NCBI GenBank assembly: GCA_002430755.1
Contig: DJCX01000081.1
Span: forward strand, 23,148 to 57,629
DNA: 34,482 bases
Origin: Flavobacteriales bacterium UBA5939
Lineage (GTDB): Bacteria; Bacteroidota; Bacteroidia; Flavobacteriales; Schleiferiaceae
Direction: 5' to 3'
In this document: positions 1 to 8,275 of the stretch, in pieces
Numbering within the stretch: the first letter of the stretch is position 1
How the letters are laid out: the number at the start of each line of letters is the position of its first letter
Translations under genes and position numbers: made by a program
The notes under the pieces: generated by a model
What the model saw: the letters and a program-made list of their open reading frames with translations, nothing else
The model's database searches: none
Told to the model about the DNA's origin: nothing

Positions 1-50
1 CCTTTTCCTTCATCTCCCCATTGGAGACCTAGTAGTACATCTACTGCCAT
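1..50 (-). CDS. purA: adenylosuccinate synthase, N-terminal fragment (gene runs off the window start)
   Basis: The reverse complement of 1-50 reads ATG GCA GTA GAT GTA CTA CTA GGT CTC CAA TGG GGA GAT GAA GGA AAA GG, which translates to MAVDVLLGLQWGDEGKG. This is the PurA N-terminal QWGDEGKGK P-loop. It is absent from the ORF track because it is truncated. Confidence 0.8.
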   Translation of the reverse strand, partial: MAVDVLLGLQWGDEGK

Positions 51-61
51 GGCTTCAGTAA

Positions 62-499
62 TTAGGATTCCTTCTTCTTTGCATAAAAGTATAAGCTGTG
101 GCTGCTTACATCTACGTTGAAGACTTCCTCTATCGTTTTTTTAATGTTTTCAATTCTAGGATCGCAGAACTCATATACTTCACCTGAGTCTAAAATAACA
201 TGATCGTGCTGCTTGTTGAAATATGATTTCTCATAGAAGCTTTGATTTTGACCAAACTGGTGTTTTCGAATCAATCCACAAGTAAGCAGTAATTCAATGG
301 TGTTGTAGAGTGTTGCTCTCGATACTCGGTAGTTCTTAGATTTCATGTTTAGGTACAGGGTCTCAACATCAAAGTGATCATTACTCTCGTAGACCTCTTT
401 AAGTATGGCGAAGCGTTCGGGAGTTTTACGTTGCTTGTTTTCCTCCAGAAAAGTGCTAAAGACCTTTTTTACTTGTTCCTGTGCGTCTAAATGGCTCAT
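62..499 (-). CDS. Fur-family transcriptional regulator (metal-uptake or peroxide type not resolved)
   Basis: 145 aa. It has a winged-helix N-terminus ([13 protein letters not shown]...[14 protein letters not shown]) and the central HDHV motif of Fur/PerR. The CxxC structural Zn motifs are missing (LDSGEVYEF replaces CxxCG). Confidence 0.8.
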   Translation of the reverse strand: MSHLDAQEQVKKVFSTFLEENKQRKTPERFAILKEVYESNDHFDVETLYLNMKSKNYRVSRATLYNTIELLLTCGLIRKHQFGQNQSFYEKSYFNKQHDHVILDSGEVYEFCDPRIENIKKTIEEVFNVDVSSHSLYFYAKKKES

Positions 500-528
500 G
501 TGAGAACTAAAGCGCTAAAATACTTCTA

Positions 529-2754
529 CTAATTGAATTTACCCACCCTATTTACGGCGCTAATTCCCTCTAGAGACTTGATATTGTTAATAGTGTCGGT
601 CAATCCCACTTTATCAGCGACTTCAATGGTTAATTGACCTGTGAATAACCCATCATCTACAGAGAAGGAAATGGCTTTAATATTGATATTTAAGTCCCCA
701 GAAACGATTTTAGTGACATCATTTACGATACCCATTCTGTCCGCCCCCATAATTTCAATATTCACGGTCACCTTTGCTCGTTCTGTGGCAATCCAATTTG
801 CTTTCATGACCCTATTGGCAAATCGTCCTTGGAGCATTACGGCGTTTGGACAATCGTGTCTATGTACCTTGATTCCTTCAGCGGTTGTAATAAAGCCAAA
901 TACGCGTTCGCCAGGCAAGGGGGAGCAGCATTTGGCCAGAGAATAGTCAAGTTGTTGTTCGTCATTTCCGAAGACAAGTTCAACATGTTCTGCGCCAATA
1001 TCTTTTGGCTTTTGACCTTTGGTTTCAAGCTTTGCTTTGGCGTAAGAACTCTTGACGATTCTCGAACGGAAATAGTTTACAAAACCCGAAGTCTCTCTTG
1101 CATACTGTCGAAGCTTCTTGTTGTCAATAACACCAAGCCCAACTTTGTAGTACAATTCTTCAGGGTTCTTTAAACCGTAATAATTGACAAGCTTTTGAAT
1201 ATTACTTGAAGTCGCTTTTAGCTTTAGGACGCGCAATTTGCGCTCAAGCATCATGTAGCCTTGTCCAGATATTATTTGTTTTTCCTTCTTCAGTGATCTT
1301 TTAATGCGCTGTTTCGCTTTTCCTGTTTTTACAAAACTCAGCCAGTCTTCCTTTGGCTCTTGCTTCATGGAAGTCAAGATTTCAATCTGATCACCCGATT
1401 TAAGTGGGGTAGAAAGTGGAACCAATTTACCATTGACCTTTGTGCCGAGGCAGCGCGCTCCAACATCACTATGAATATCAAAAGCAAAATCAAGTGCGGT
1501 AGCACCTTTGGGCAGCGTGCGCATTTCCCCTTTTGGTGTAAAGACGAAAATCTCGGAAGCGAACAGATTCATCTGAAAGCTCTCAATGAAATCTTCATTA
1601 TCATTATCAGGGTCATCTAAGAATTCTTTAATTCTCATCAACCACGTATCAAGTGAGTTAGAGCCAGAACTATCTTCTTTGTACTTCCAATGCGCTGCAA
1701 AGCCATTTTCGGCAACATCGTCCATTCTCGCGGTACGTATTTGTACTTCAACCCATCTACCATCCGGACCCATCACCGTAGTATGGAGACTCTCGTAACC
1801 ATTGCTTTTTGGAGATGAAATCCAATCCCGCAAGCGAAGTGGATTTGGACTATAGTTTTCGGTTACTAGTGAGTAAGCTTTCCAACAATCCGCTTTTTCT
1901 TGCTCTAGTGAAGAGTCCAAAATAATTCGGATTGCATACTTGTCATAGACTTCATCAAAGCGAACACCTTGGTTTTTCATCTTACGACGAATGGAATATA
2001 TACTCTTTGTCCGCTTCTTTATTTTAAAAGATAACCCTGCCTCATTAAGCCCGTCCTCTACTGTAGCGACAAATTTGTTTAAGTATGTGAAATCCGCTTT
2101 CTCTAAAGCTTCCATCTGATCGTGAATCTCAGCATATACTTCTGGCTCCGTGTACTTTAGACTTTGGTCCTCAAGCTCTGTTTTAATGCGGTACAAACCC
2201 AGTCTATGTGCTAGAGGGGCGTAAATAAATAGGGTTTCAGAAGCCTTGGTAAGTTGCTTGTGTGAGGGCATTCCATGCATTGTGCGCATGTTGTGCATAC
2301 GGTCCGCAATCTTGATAAGTATTACACGGATATCGTCACTGATAGTGAGGAGCATTTTCCGGTAATTTTCAAGCTGCATGTTATTGTCGACGGTGGTAAC
2401 ACCGCTGATCTTTGTCAAACCATCGATGAGTTTGGCAATATTTTTACCAAACATGCTTTCAATGTCGTCAAGTGTATAATCGCTGTCTTCAACAACATCA
2501 TGCATCAACGCCGTGGCAATACTTGTTGGGCCAAGACCAATTTCTGTGGCAACTATCTGTGCAACTTCAATAGGATGAGTGATGTACGGTTCTCCAGTTT
2601 TTCTCCTTATCCCGTTGTGAGCATCATTCGCAAGTCGAAAGGCACGCTTAATCAGATCGACGTCGTCCTTATCTGTCTTGTACTCAATACTGTTCAATAA
2701 ATCTTTGAACGCATTGTCAATGAGTGCTTTATCTTCTGGGTTCCAATCAGTCAT
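529..2754 (-). CDS. bifunctional (p)ppGpp synthetase/hydrolase, RelA/SpoT homolog
   Basis: 741 aa. HD hydrolase motif (HPIEVA...LMHDVVED), RelA/SpoT synthetase core (YSIRRKM, YESLHTTV, EVQIRT), TGS region and C-terminal ACT-like domain. Confidence 0.95.
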   Translation of the reverse strand: MTDWNPEDKALIDNAFKDLLNSIEYKTDKDDVDLIKRAFRLANDAHNGIRRKTGEPYITHPIEVAQIVATEIGLGPTSIATALMHDVVEDSDYTLDDIESMFGKNIAKLIDGLTKISGVTTVDNNMQLENYRKMLLTISDDIRVILIKIADRMHNMRTMHGMPSHKQLTKASETLFIYAPLAHRLGLYRIKTELEDQSLKYTEPEVYAEIHDQMEALEKADFTYLNKFVATVEDGLNEAGLSFKIKKRTKSIYSIRRKMKNQGVRFDEVYDKYAIRIILDSSLEQEKADCWKAYSLVTENYSPNPLRLRDWISSPKSNGYESLHTTVMGPDGRWVEVQIRTARMDDVAENGFAAHWKYKEDSSGSNSLDTWLMRIKEFLDDPDNDNEDFIESFQMNLFASEIFVFTPKGEMRTLPKGATALDFAFDIHSDVGARCLGTKVNGKLVPLSTPLKSGDQIEILTSMKQEPKEDWLSFVKTGKAKQRIKRSLKKEKQIISGQGYMMLERKLRVLKLKATSSNIQKLVNYYGLKNPEELYYKVGLGVIDNKKLRQYARETSGFVNYFRSRIVKSSYAKAKLETKGQKPKDIGAEHVELVFGNDEQQLDYSLAKCCSPLPGERVFGFITTAEGIKVHRHDCPNAVMLQGRFANRVMKANWIATERAKVTVNIEIMGADRMGIVNDVTKIVSGDLNINIKAISFSVDDGLFTGQLTIEVADKVGLTDTINNIKSLEGISAVNRVGKFN

Positions 2755-3459
2755 TTAGTCAAGGAGGAAAATGGTTGGCCGTTTGTGTAAATCAGGCAAA
2801 TTATTTGCCCAATCGGCAATAGTCTTAGTTTCAATGTACTCATTTTGCAGCGTGATATCGCAGGCGATACACAACTTTGTCTCGGGATGAAGGACTTTTA
2901 AGAGTTCTTCTACAAGTTTATTATTGCGATAAGGAGTCTCCATGAAGATCTGAGTAATACCGTCCTTTAAATCCTTTGTCATCGCCTGAAAAACGCGCTT
3001 CCGAATCCCTTGGTCGAAAGGAAGGTATCCACGAAAGGTGAATTGCTGTCCATTAAATCCACTGCCCATTAATGCCAGAAGAATAGAGGAGGGGCCGACT
3101 AAAGGTTTGACGGAAAGTCCTTTACGATGCGCAATACTGACGATCTCTGCTCCAGGATCGGCAACACAGGGGACTCCAGCTTCTGAAATAATCCCAACAT
3201 TCTCACCTCTTTCTACAGGTTTCAAAAAACCGGGTAAGTCCAATGGATCGGTATGCTTATCAAGAATTTCCATGTTGATTTCACGCTGCACCTTCTCCGG
3301 GAGAAGACGCTTGATAAAAGCTCTAGCTGTCTTCTCATTTTCAACAATGAAATACTCAAGTGAATCAATAATCTTCACTACATCCGGAGGAAGTATTTCA
3401 GTAAAATTTTCTTCTCCTAAACTATTGGGAATAAGGTAGATAGTCCCTTTCATGAGCAC
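2755..3459 (-). CDS. SAM-dependent methyltransferase, tetrapyrrole-methylase fold (RsmI/YraL-like)
   Basis: 234 aa. Conserved GVPCVADPG and TPYRN-type motifs of the RsmI-like TP_methylase family. It abuts the relA/spoT start (stop at 2755, next start at 2754) and overlaps the upstream phosphatase gene by 10 nt. Confidence 0.75.
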   Translation of the reverse strand: MLMKGTIYLIPNSLGEENFTEILPPDVVKIIDSLEYFIVENEKTARAFIKRLLPEKVQREINMEILDKHTDPLDLPGFLKPVERGENVGIISEAGVPCVADPGAEIVSIAHRKGLSVKPLVGPSSILLALMGSGFNGQQFTFRGYLPFDQGIRKRVFQAMTKDLKDGITQIFMETPYRNNKLVEELLKVLHPETKLCIACDITLQNEYIETKTIADWANNLPDLHKRPTIFLLD

Positions 3460-3896
3460 TGTTCTAAGAATTTATCAATGGCTAATTCAAGCATATCATA
3501 GACATCTTCAAAACCACGCTGTCCACCTGTATATGGATCAGGTACTTGCCTATTTTCTCCTGGATAAGCTTCATTCATGATTAAGCGTACTTTTTCTTTT
3601 GATACTTCATCTGGTGCAAGTCGAGCAATGTTCGAGTAGTTGGAACTGTCCATCGCGAAAATTATATCGAACCTATCGAAATCTTCGACTAAAAATGGTC
3701 TTGACCGCTGGTTATCTATGTTTAATCCTCGGCCCTTTGCCGTAATGATAGATCGTGTATCAGGTCGCTCACCTTCGTGCCAACCAGACGTACCGGCACT
3801 GTCAATATACCAACCCTCAGGTGCCTTAGATTCTAAAATTCCATGTGCAAGGGGCGAACGGCAAATGTTTCCCAAGCATACCATAAGTACATTCAT
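3450..3896 (-). CDS. low-molecular-weight protein-tyrosine phosphatase
   Basis: 148 aa. N-terminal CLGNICRSP (CX5R(S/T) P-loop) and a C-terminal DP motif (VPDPY). Confidence 0.9.
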   Translation of the reverse strand: MNVLMVCLGNICRSPLAHGILESKAPEGWYIDSAGTSGWHEGERPDTRSIITAKGRGLNIDNQRSRPFLVEDFDRFDIIFAMDSSNYSNIARLAPDEVSKEKVRLIMNEAYPGENRQVPDPYTGGQRGFEDVYDMLELAIDKFLEQCS

Positions 3897-3927
3897 AAAA
3901 AAAAGTCAGTACCCGAAGATACTGACT
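3897..3927 (-). terminator. intrinsic terminator downstream of dnaA
   Basis: On the minus strand the arms AGTCAGTA and TACTGACT (3904-3911 and 3920-3927, 8-bp stem, 8-nt loop) are followed directly by T8 (3904-3897). This lies 24 nt after the dnaA stop. Confidence 0.7.
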
Positions 3928-3950
3928 CTTTTATGCATTCGTAATATAAA

Positions 3951-5384
3951 TTAAGCGAGTGTTAATCTCTTTTGTAGATCATCCACGTAAGTCTTAAATC
4001 GCTTATCTGTTTCTTTCAAATTGTTCACTGTACGGCAGGCGTGCAGTACTGTAGCGTGGTCTTTATTCCCACATTGCTGACCAATAGAAGCAAGGCTGTT
4101 TTTGGTTAATTGCTTTGAGAAATACATGCTCAATTGACGGGCTTGTACAATCTCTCTCTTACGAGTCTTCGATTTGAGTAACTCCAATGGCATATCGAAG
4201 TAATCGCAAACAACTTTTTGGATAAAATCGATCGAAATTTCACGAGTAGTACTCTTTACGAACTTATCGACCATCGACTTTACCAATTCCATGGTGATTT
4301 GCTTCTTATTCAAAGAGCTTTGCGCGAGAATACTAATAAGAGCACCCTCGAGTTCACGAACATTAGAATTAATAGAGTAGGCGATAAACTCAACAATATC
4401 TTGCTCTACCTCAATACCGTCATTGTACAGTTTTTTACCTAAGATGGCTACGCGAGTCTCTAGTCCAGGCTTTTGCAAATCAGCGCTCAAGCCCCACTTA
4501 AAGCGACTTAACAAGCGCTGTTCCATTCCTTGAAGTTCAACAGGAGCTCTGTCCGAGGTGAGGATAATTTGCTTCCCGTTTTGATGCAAGTGGTTAAAAA
4601 TTTCAAAGAAAACATCCTGAGTCTTCTCCTTTCCTGAAAAACTCTGAACATCATCAATGATCAACACATCGATCATTTGATAGAAGTGCACAAAGTCGTT
4701 TTTAGAGTTGTTACGTATGCTGTCAATAAACTGCTGGGTAAACTTCTCAGCGCTTACATACAGTACAGTTTTTTCGGGGTAATTGTCTTTAATTTCTACA
4801 CCAATAGAATGCGCTAGGTGTGTTTTTCCTAATCCAACACCTCCATACAACATTAATGGATTGAACGAAGTGCCTCCAGGACTCTTTCCAACAGCTAAAC
4901 CAGCTGATCTTGCCAGTCTATTGCAATCACCTTCGATAAAATTGTCGAAAGTGTAGTTAGGATTCAGTTGACTATCAATATTCAACTTCTGCAATCCAGG
5001 AATCACAAAAGGATTTTTGATACTCTTTTCATTAGTAATAGCCACAGGCATGTTGACGCTCTGAGGTTTGTGCTTACGACGTCCTGAACTTGGAAGTTTC
5101 ATGGTTGGCGGCGTGCTGTTGTCATAGGAGTTCTCCATGACTATACTATATACAAGTTTAGCACCTTCGCCTAGCCCTTTGGTAATGGCTGCTTTTAGTA
5201 AGGAAATATAGTTCTCCTCAAGGTATTCGTAAAAGAATTTGGAAGGAACTTGGACGGTGAGAACGGTACCTTGAATTTTAATCGGTTTGATCGGCGAAAA
5301 CCAAGTGTCATAACACTGGTCATCGACGTTATCCTTGATAAATTCTAAAGCTTCATTCCAAATAGTCCCAACTGTTTTACTCAT
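3951..5384 (-). CDS. dnaA: chromosomal replication initiator protein DnaA
   Basis: 477 aa. AAA+ Walker A GGVGLGKTHL, Walker B LIIDDVQ, and the C-terminal DNA-binding signature GNKDHATVLHA. Confidence 0.97.
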   Translation of the reverse strand: MSKTVGTIWNEALEFIKDNVDDQCYDTWFSPIKPIKIQGTVLTVQVPSKFFYEYLEENYISLLKAAITKGLGEGAKLVYSIVMENSYDNSTPPTMKLPSSGRRKHKPQSVNMPVAITNEKSIKNPFVIPGLQKLNIDSQLNPNYTFDNFIEGDCNRLARSAGLAVGKSPGGTSFNPLMLYGGVGLGKTHLAHSIGVEIKDNYPEKTVLYVSAEKFTQQFIDSIRNNSKNDFVHFYQMIDVLIIDDVQSFSGKEKTQDVFFEIFNHLHQNGKQIILTSDRAPVELQGMEQRLLSRFKWGLSADLQKPGLETRVAILGKKLYNDGIEVEQDIVEFIAYSINSNVRELEGALISILAQSSLNKKQITMELVKSMVDKFVKSTTREISIDFIQKVVCDYFDMPLELLKSKTRKREIVQARQLSMYFSKQLTKNSLASIGQQCGNKDHATVLHACRTVNNLKETDKRFKTYVDDLQKRLTLA

Positions 5385-5401
5385 GGCTCAAAAAAGGTCC
5401 T

Positions 5402-5428
5402 GTCTCGAGGTTGTTCAAGTCTCGAGAC
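5402..5428. repeat. inverted repeat / hairpin GTCTCGAG-N11-CTCGAGAC
   Basis: Read directly: 8-bp perfect arms at 5402-5409 and 5421-5428. On the dnaA strand the hairpin is followed by AGGACC TTTTTT and then the start codon. Confidence 0.8.
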
Positions 5429-5465
5429 CGTGTTCGTGTGTCTCTTAAAAATAAGGGGTCTGCGC

Positions 5466-5483
5466 AGAGGAAAATTTTCCTCT
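5466..5483. repeat. 18-bp perfect palindrome AGAGGAAAATTTTCCTCT
   Basis: Read directly. It is self-complementary across its full length and sits about 80 nt upstream of the dnaA start. Confidence 0.85.
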
Positions 5484-5717
5484 TTGGCTTGCATTACAAA
5501 TCTGTTGATAAATTCTCTTTCAACAAAATTTTTTTAGGGTTGTGTTAATAAAAAGTTTTTCTTAAGGGATTTGTAACTATCTGATTATCAGTATGTAAAT
5601 AAAACCACCAAATTTTTTCGGTATAAAATACCACAATCGCCTCAATGTGTTGAAAATTCGAGGCTTGCAGAAGATTCGCTCCCAAAAATCAACTTTCAAA
5701 AATCTTAGATTTACCTC

Positions 5718-6146
5718 ATGGAAAAAATAAATTTGAAAGGAATTTTTGAGTTTCGTCCTAGATATTCTGAGACTGATCAAATGGGTGTGGTCTACTACGG
5801 TAATTATGCCACCTATTTTGAGGTTGGTCGTGTCGAATTATTGCGCGATTTGGGCATGAGCTATGCGGAAATGGAAAAGTCTGGAACGATGCTCCCAGTA
5901 GTCCATCTCGATATGGACTTTAAAGCCGGAGCCAAATATGATGAAGAACTCGTGCTTGAAACCTCCATTCACGAAGTCCCTTCGAGAAAGATATCATTTT
6001 ACCACACGCTTAAGAACAAGGAGGGTAAAACTTTGGTAACAGGTAAAGTAGTCTTGGTATTTGTCGATACCAAAACCTTCAAAACAAAACAGTGTCCAGC
6101 AGATTTTAAAACACTACTGCTTAAGGCTTCTTCAACACAGTCGTAA
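5718..6146 (+). CDS. acyl-CoA thioesterase, YbgC/4HBT hot-dog family
   Basis: 142 aa. The N-terminal motif RPRYSETDQMGVVYYGNYATYFEVGR is typical of YbgC-type thioesterases (catalytic Asp in ETD). Confidence 0.85.
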   Translation: MEKINLKGIFEFRPRYSETDQMGVVYYGNYATYFEVGRVELLRDLGMSYAEMEKSGTMLPVVHLDMDFKAGAKYDEELVLETSIHEVPSRKISFYHTLKNKEGKTLVTGKVVLVFVDTKTFKTKQCPADFKTLLLKASSTQS

Positions 6147-7701
6147 TTCCTGTTGAACTCGTAATGTGAATAAGACTAGGAGTATTCTCCAGATGTAACT
6201 CATTCATCGCGGTGCCTGAAGACAAGAGCTGACCATTTAAACTATATATCTGGTATGAATAAGTTTCGTCAGAAGGAAATATCACCCTGACATTATCTCC
6301 ATAACTCAAATAAGGCGTTTTCTGGCTTTTATCATCTTCTTCAATAGAAATACCGCTCAGTATGTTTTTTGGAGCTCCAAATGCCGTGTAAATGGCTTGA
6401 GAGTAGTTTCCATTGTTCACTATGGAGTCAGCGGATAGTATATTTTCCGCGATGTCGCGTAAACTTTGGAAGGACATGAGTTGATACAGGCTTTCTAGAA
6501 CTATTTTATCCGCAAGTGAGTCATTTACTGTGGTAGCCGCACTAAACTCAAGCATTGCACCGACCATGATATCCGTGTGCTGATAGATGTTCCAAAACGA
6601 ACTAATAGTGTTGTAATCCTTTTGTCCGTCATAAACAGCACTTCTGCCGTTCCAAAAGGTATTGTTACCGTCCCAATCGAATATACGCGTGCTTTGAACA
6701 CCGCTCATTCTGCCGTAACGCTCCGCGAAATAGTCGCCTAAAGCCTCATCAAAAGTTCGTCTCTCATCACCATTTGTCGAGGCTGGAGCAGCACCGTGAC
6801 TGATGGCGTGCCCAAGTTCATGGATAATAACATCTGCATCTTCCGCATCGTCTACGCCGCCTTCTCCAAAAAATAGGCGAGGAGGGTTAGTACCCCAATT
6901 GAACATTGAGTTATCCTGTCCATTTAATGCTTGAGGATCCACATGTATGGCATAATTAAGAATGTTTCCATAGCCCAAGACATTCAGGTATTCGTTTTGC
7001 TTGGTAATGTGGTAGGTTACCATCACTTGTTCAAATTCATCGTTGGCTCTTCCTGAAACCCAATTGTTAGGATCAGTACTGATGCTGACATACGGTGCAT
7101 CGAAGTCAATCACATGTATGTAATCGTTTTTCAAACGAACAGTATCGTTTACAACATCTACGGTCACAGAGTCGAGTACAGTCAAACTGTCAAGCACCCC
7201 AGCATTACCATCGTTCATATCCGTATATATACCACCATAGCTTAAGTTGTTTGGGGTCAATGGATCTGGGTTAAATACACGAACCTGCACAGTCGTGTCA
7301 TTAAAATGAAGGTTTAAGTCTAATTCTTCAATTAATTCATTTTCAGAATTATAGAATAATACAGAATGTTCAACTCCGTCGTTAATCGTATCAGGTCTAA
7401 CGGACAGCCAGTTGTTGGACCTCCACAAGAGATATGGACCTTCTAGAGACGGGTTAAGAGCGGCACGTGCTTCTTGACTTAATGATGATTTCCTTTTAAT
7501 CATGTTGCCATCTAGCGACCGAATTTCCAAGTACTGATGCTCGAGAATTGGGATGTTTTGGTAGCGATAAGTAAAACGTTGGTATTGCGCATGCGGACTA
7601 TTACGCGTGGTAAAATACTCGTGCTCCAATCCCTCAACATTTTGCCCAAAAGTTAGGCTACCTATTAGTGTAAACAGTAATGTGATGATTCTTCTTGACA
7701 T
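6121..7701 (-). CDS. secreted zinc metalloprotease (gluzincin, thermolysin-like motif) with T9SS C-terminal sorting domain
   Basis: 526 aa. Signal peptide MSRRIITLLFTLIGSLTFGQ. HExxH (IIHELGHAISH) with a downstream FDEALGDYF (ExxxD third-ligand motif). The C-terminal ~70 aa (YSYQIYSLNGQLLSSG...ITTVLKKP) resemble the type A Por/T9SS CTD. Confidence 0.8.
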   Translation of the reverse strand: MSRRIITLLFTLIGSLTFGQNVEGLEHEYFTTRNSPHAQYQRFTYRYQNIPILEHQYLEIRSLDGNMIKRKSSLSQEARAALNPSLEGPYLLWRSNNWLSVRPDTINDGVEHSVLFYNSENELIEELDLNLHFNDTTVQVRVFNPDPLTPNNLSYGGIYTDMNDGNAGVLDSLTVLDSVTVDVVNDTVRLKNDYIHVIDFDAPYVSISTDPNNWVSGRANDEFEQVMVTYHITKQNEYLNVLGYGNILNYAIHVDPQALNGQDNSMFNWGTNPPRLFFGEGGVDDAEDADVIIHELGHAISHGAAPASTNGDERRTFDEALGDYFAERYGRMSGVQSTRIFDWDGNNTFWNGRSAVYDGQKDYNTISSFWNIYQHTDIMVGAMLEFSAATTVNDSLADKIVLESLYQLMSFQSLRDIAENILSADSIVNNGNYSQAIYTAFGAPKNILSGISIEEDDKSQKTPYLSYGDNVRVIFPSDETYSYQIYSLNGQLLSSGTAMNELHLENTPSLIHITSSTGITTVLKKP

Positions 7702-8275
7702 AATCCATTGCCTCGCCGAACAATGACCGGCGAATTGTTAGGGTATAAGTTACTCTTTCTCGTTGTTCTCTAGCTACAACATTTGCGCCATAGATTTTGA
7801 TCATTCTCTCCACCAAGGCCATGTGCTCATAGCTTGTGCTTAAAGTAAGACGTTGCGAGATTACCTCTGTGATCTTTTTAGAGTTTTCTATGGCCAATCC
7901 TGTACTGCCACCATACGCTGCTATTAAACCTGGTACGCCGAGTTTGGTGCCTCCAAAATAACGGACCACCACACAGGCTATGTTAGTCATTCCCGAGCTC
8001 ACAAGCGAACGAAGTATAGGAGCTCCAGCGGTGTTTCTAGGTTCTCCGTCGTCGTTGGATTTATGAAAGTCAGCCTCTTCGCCTAAAATGAACGCCCAGC
8101 AGTGATGACGCGCATTAGGTTCTTGTTCCTTGATGAAATTGAGCTGACTTTTAAAGCTCTCTTCACTTTTTACCGGAAAGAGATAGGCTTTGAATTTGCT
8201 ACCCTTATCCTTTAACTCTCCCAAAGCAGGCTCATCGATTGTAGAGAAGAAATCAACTGCGCTCATAACGGTCAT
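7658..8275 (-). CDS. yigZ: IMPACT/YigZ family protein (UPF0029)
   Basis: Conserved KGSKFKAY, HHCWAF, DDGEP.NTAG.PIL and VVVRYFGGTKLG motifs. I moved the start to the ATG at 8275 (alternative 8266), because the 48 upstream codons of the track ORF lie inside ribD. Confidence 0.85.
   Translation of the reverse strand: MTVMSAVDFFSTIDEPALGELKDKGSKFKAYLFPVKSEESFKSQLNFIKEQEPNARHHCWAFILGEEADFHKSNDDGEPRNTAGAPILRSLVSSGMTNIACVVVRYFGGTKLGVPGLIAAYGGSTGLAIENSKKITEVISQRLTLSTSYEHMALVERMIKIYGANVVAREQRERVTYTLTIRRSLFGEAMDYVKKNHHITVYTNR

Larger units (their letters stand above)
5385..5717. promoter_or_regulatory. AT-rich divergent intergenic region (dnaA / thioesterase promoters). Not convincingly oriC.
   Basis: A 333-nt non-coding gap between divergent genes. 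It contains a hairpin (5402-5428), an 18-bp perfect palindrome (5466-5483) and only one near-consensus DnaA box (TGTTGATAA, about 5503-5511). Confidence 0.5.

Noticed and set aside
641-2700. Plus-strand ORFs (641-946, 829-1173, 1360-1620, 1586-1798, 2275-2700) and the minus-strand ORF at 837-1028, all inside relA/spoT
   Set aside because: All lie within a 741-aa gene that has full-length family motifs. Their translations are low-complexity or Leu/Ser/Phe-rich with no motifs, as expected for shadow ORFs.
3038-4442. Antisense ORFs at 3038-3439, 3640-3954 and 4218-4442
   Set aside because: They lie opposite the well-supported methyltransferase, phosphatase and dnaA genes. They show no recognisable domains and have no independent start context.
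5385-5717. Calling this gap oriC because it flanks dnaA
   Set aside because: I found only one 8-of-9 match to TTATCCACA/TGTGGATAA and no cluster of boxes or obvious 13-mer-type AT-rich repeats. Proximity to dnaA alone does not establish the origin, which can lie elsewhere on the chromosome. GC-skew analysis of the whole replicon is needed.
5577-5780. 67-aa minus-strand ORF in the dnaA/thioesterase intergenic region
   Set aside because: The translation is AT-rich and dominated by I/F/K/R. It overlaps the thioesterase start and the likely promoters, so it is most likely non-coding.
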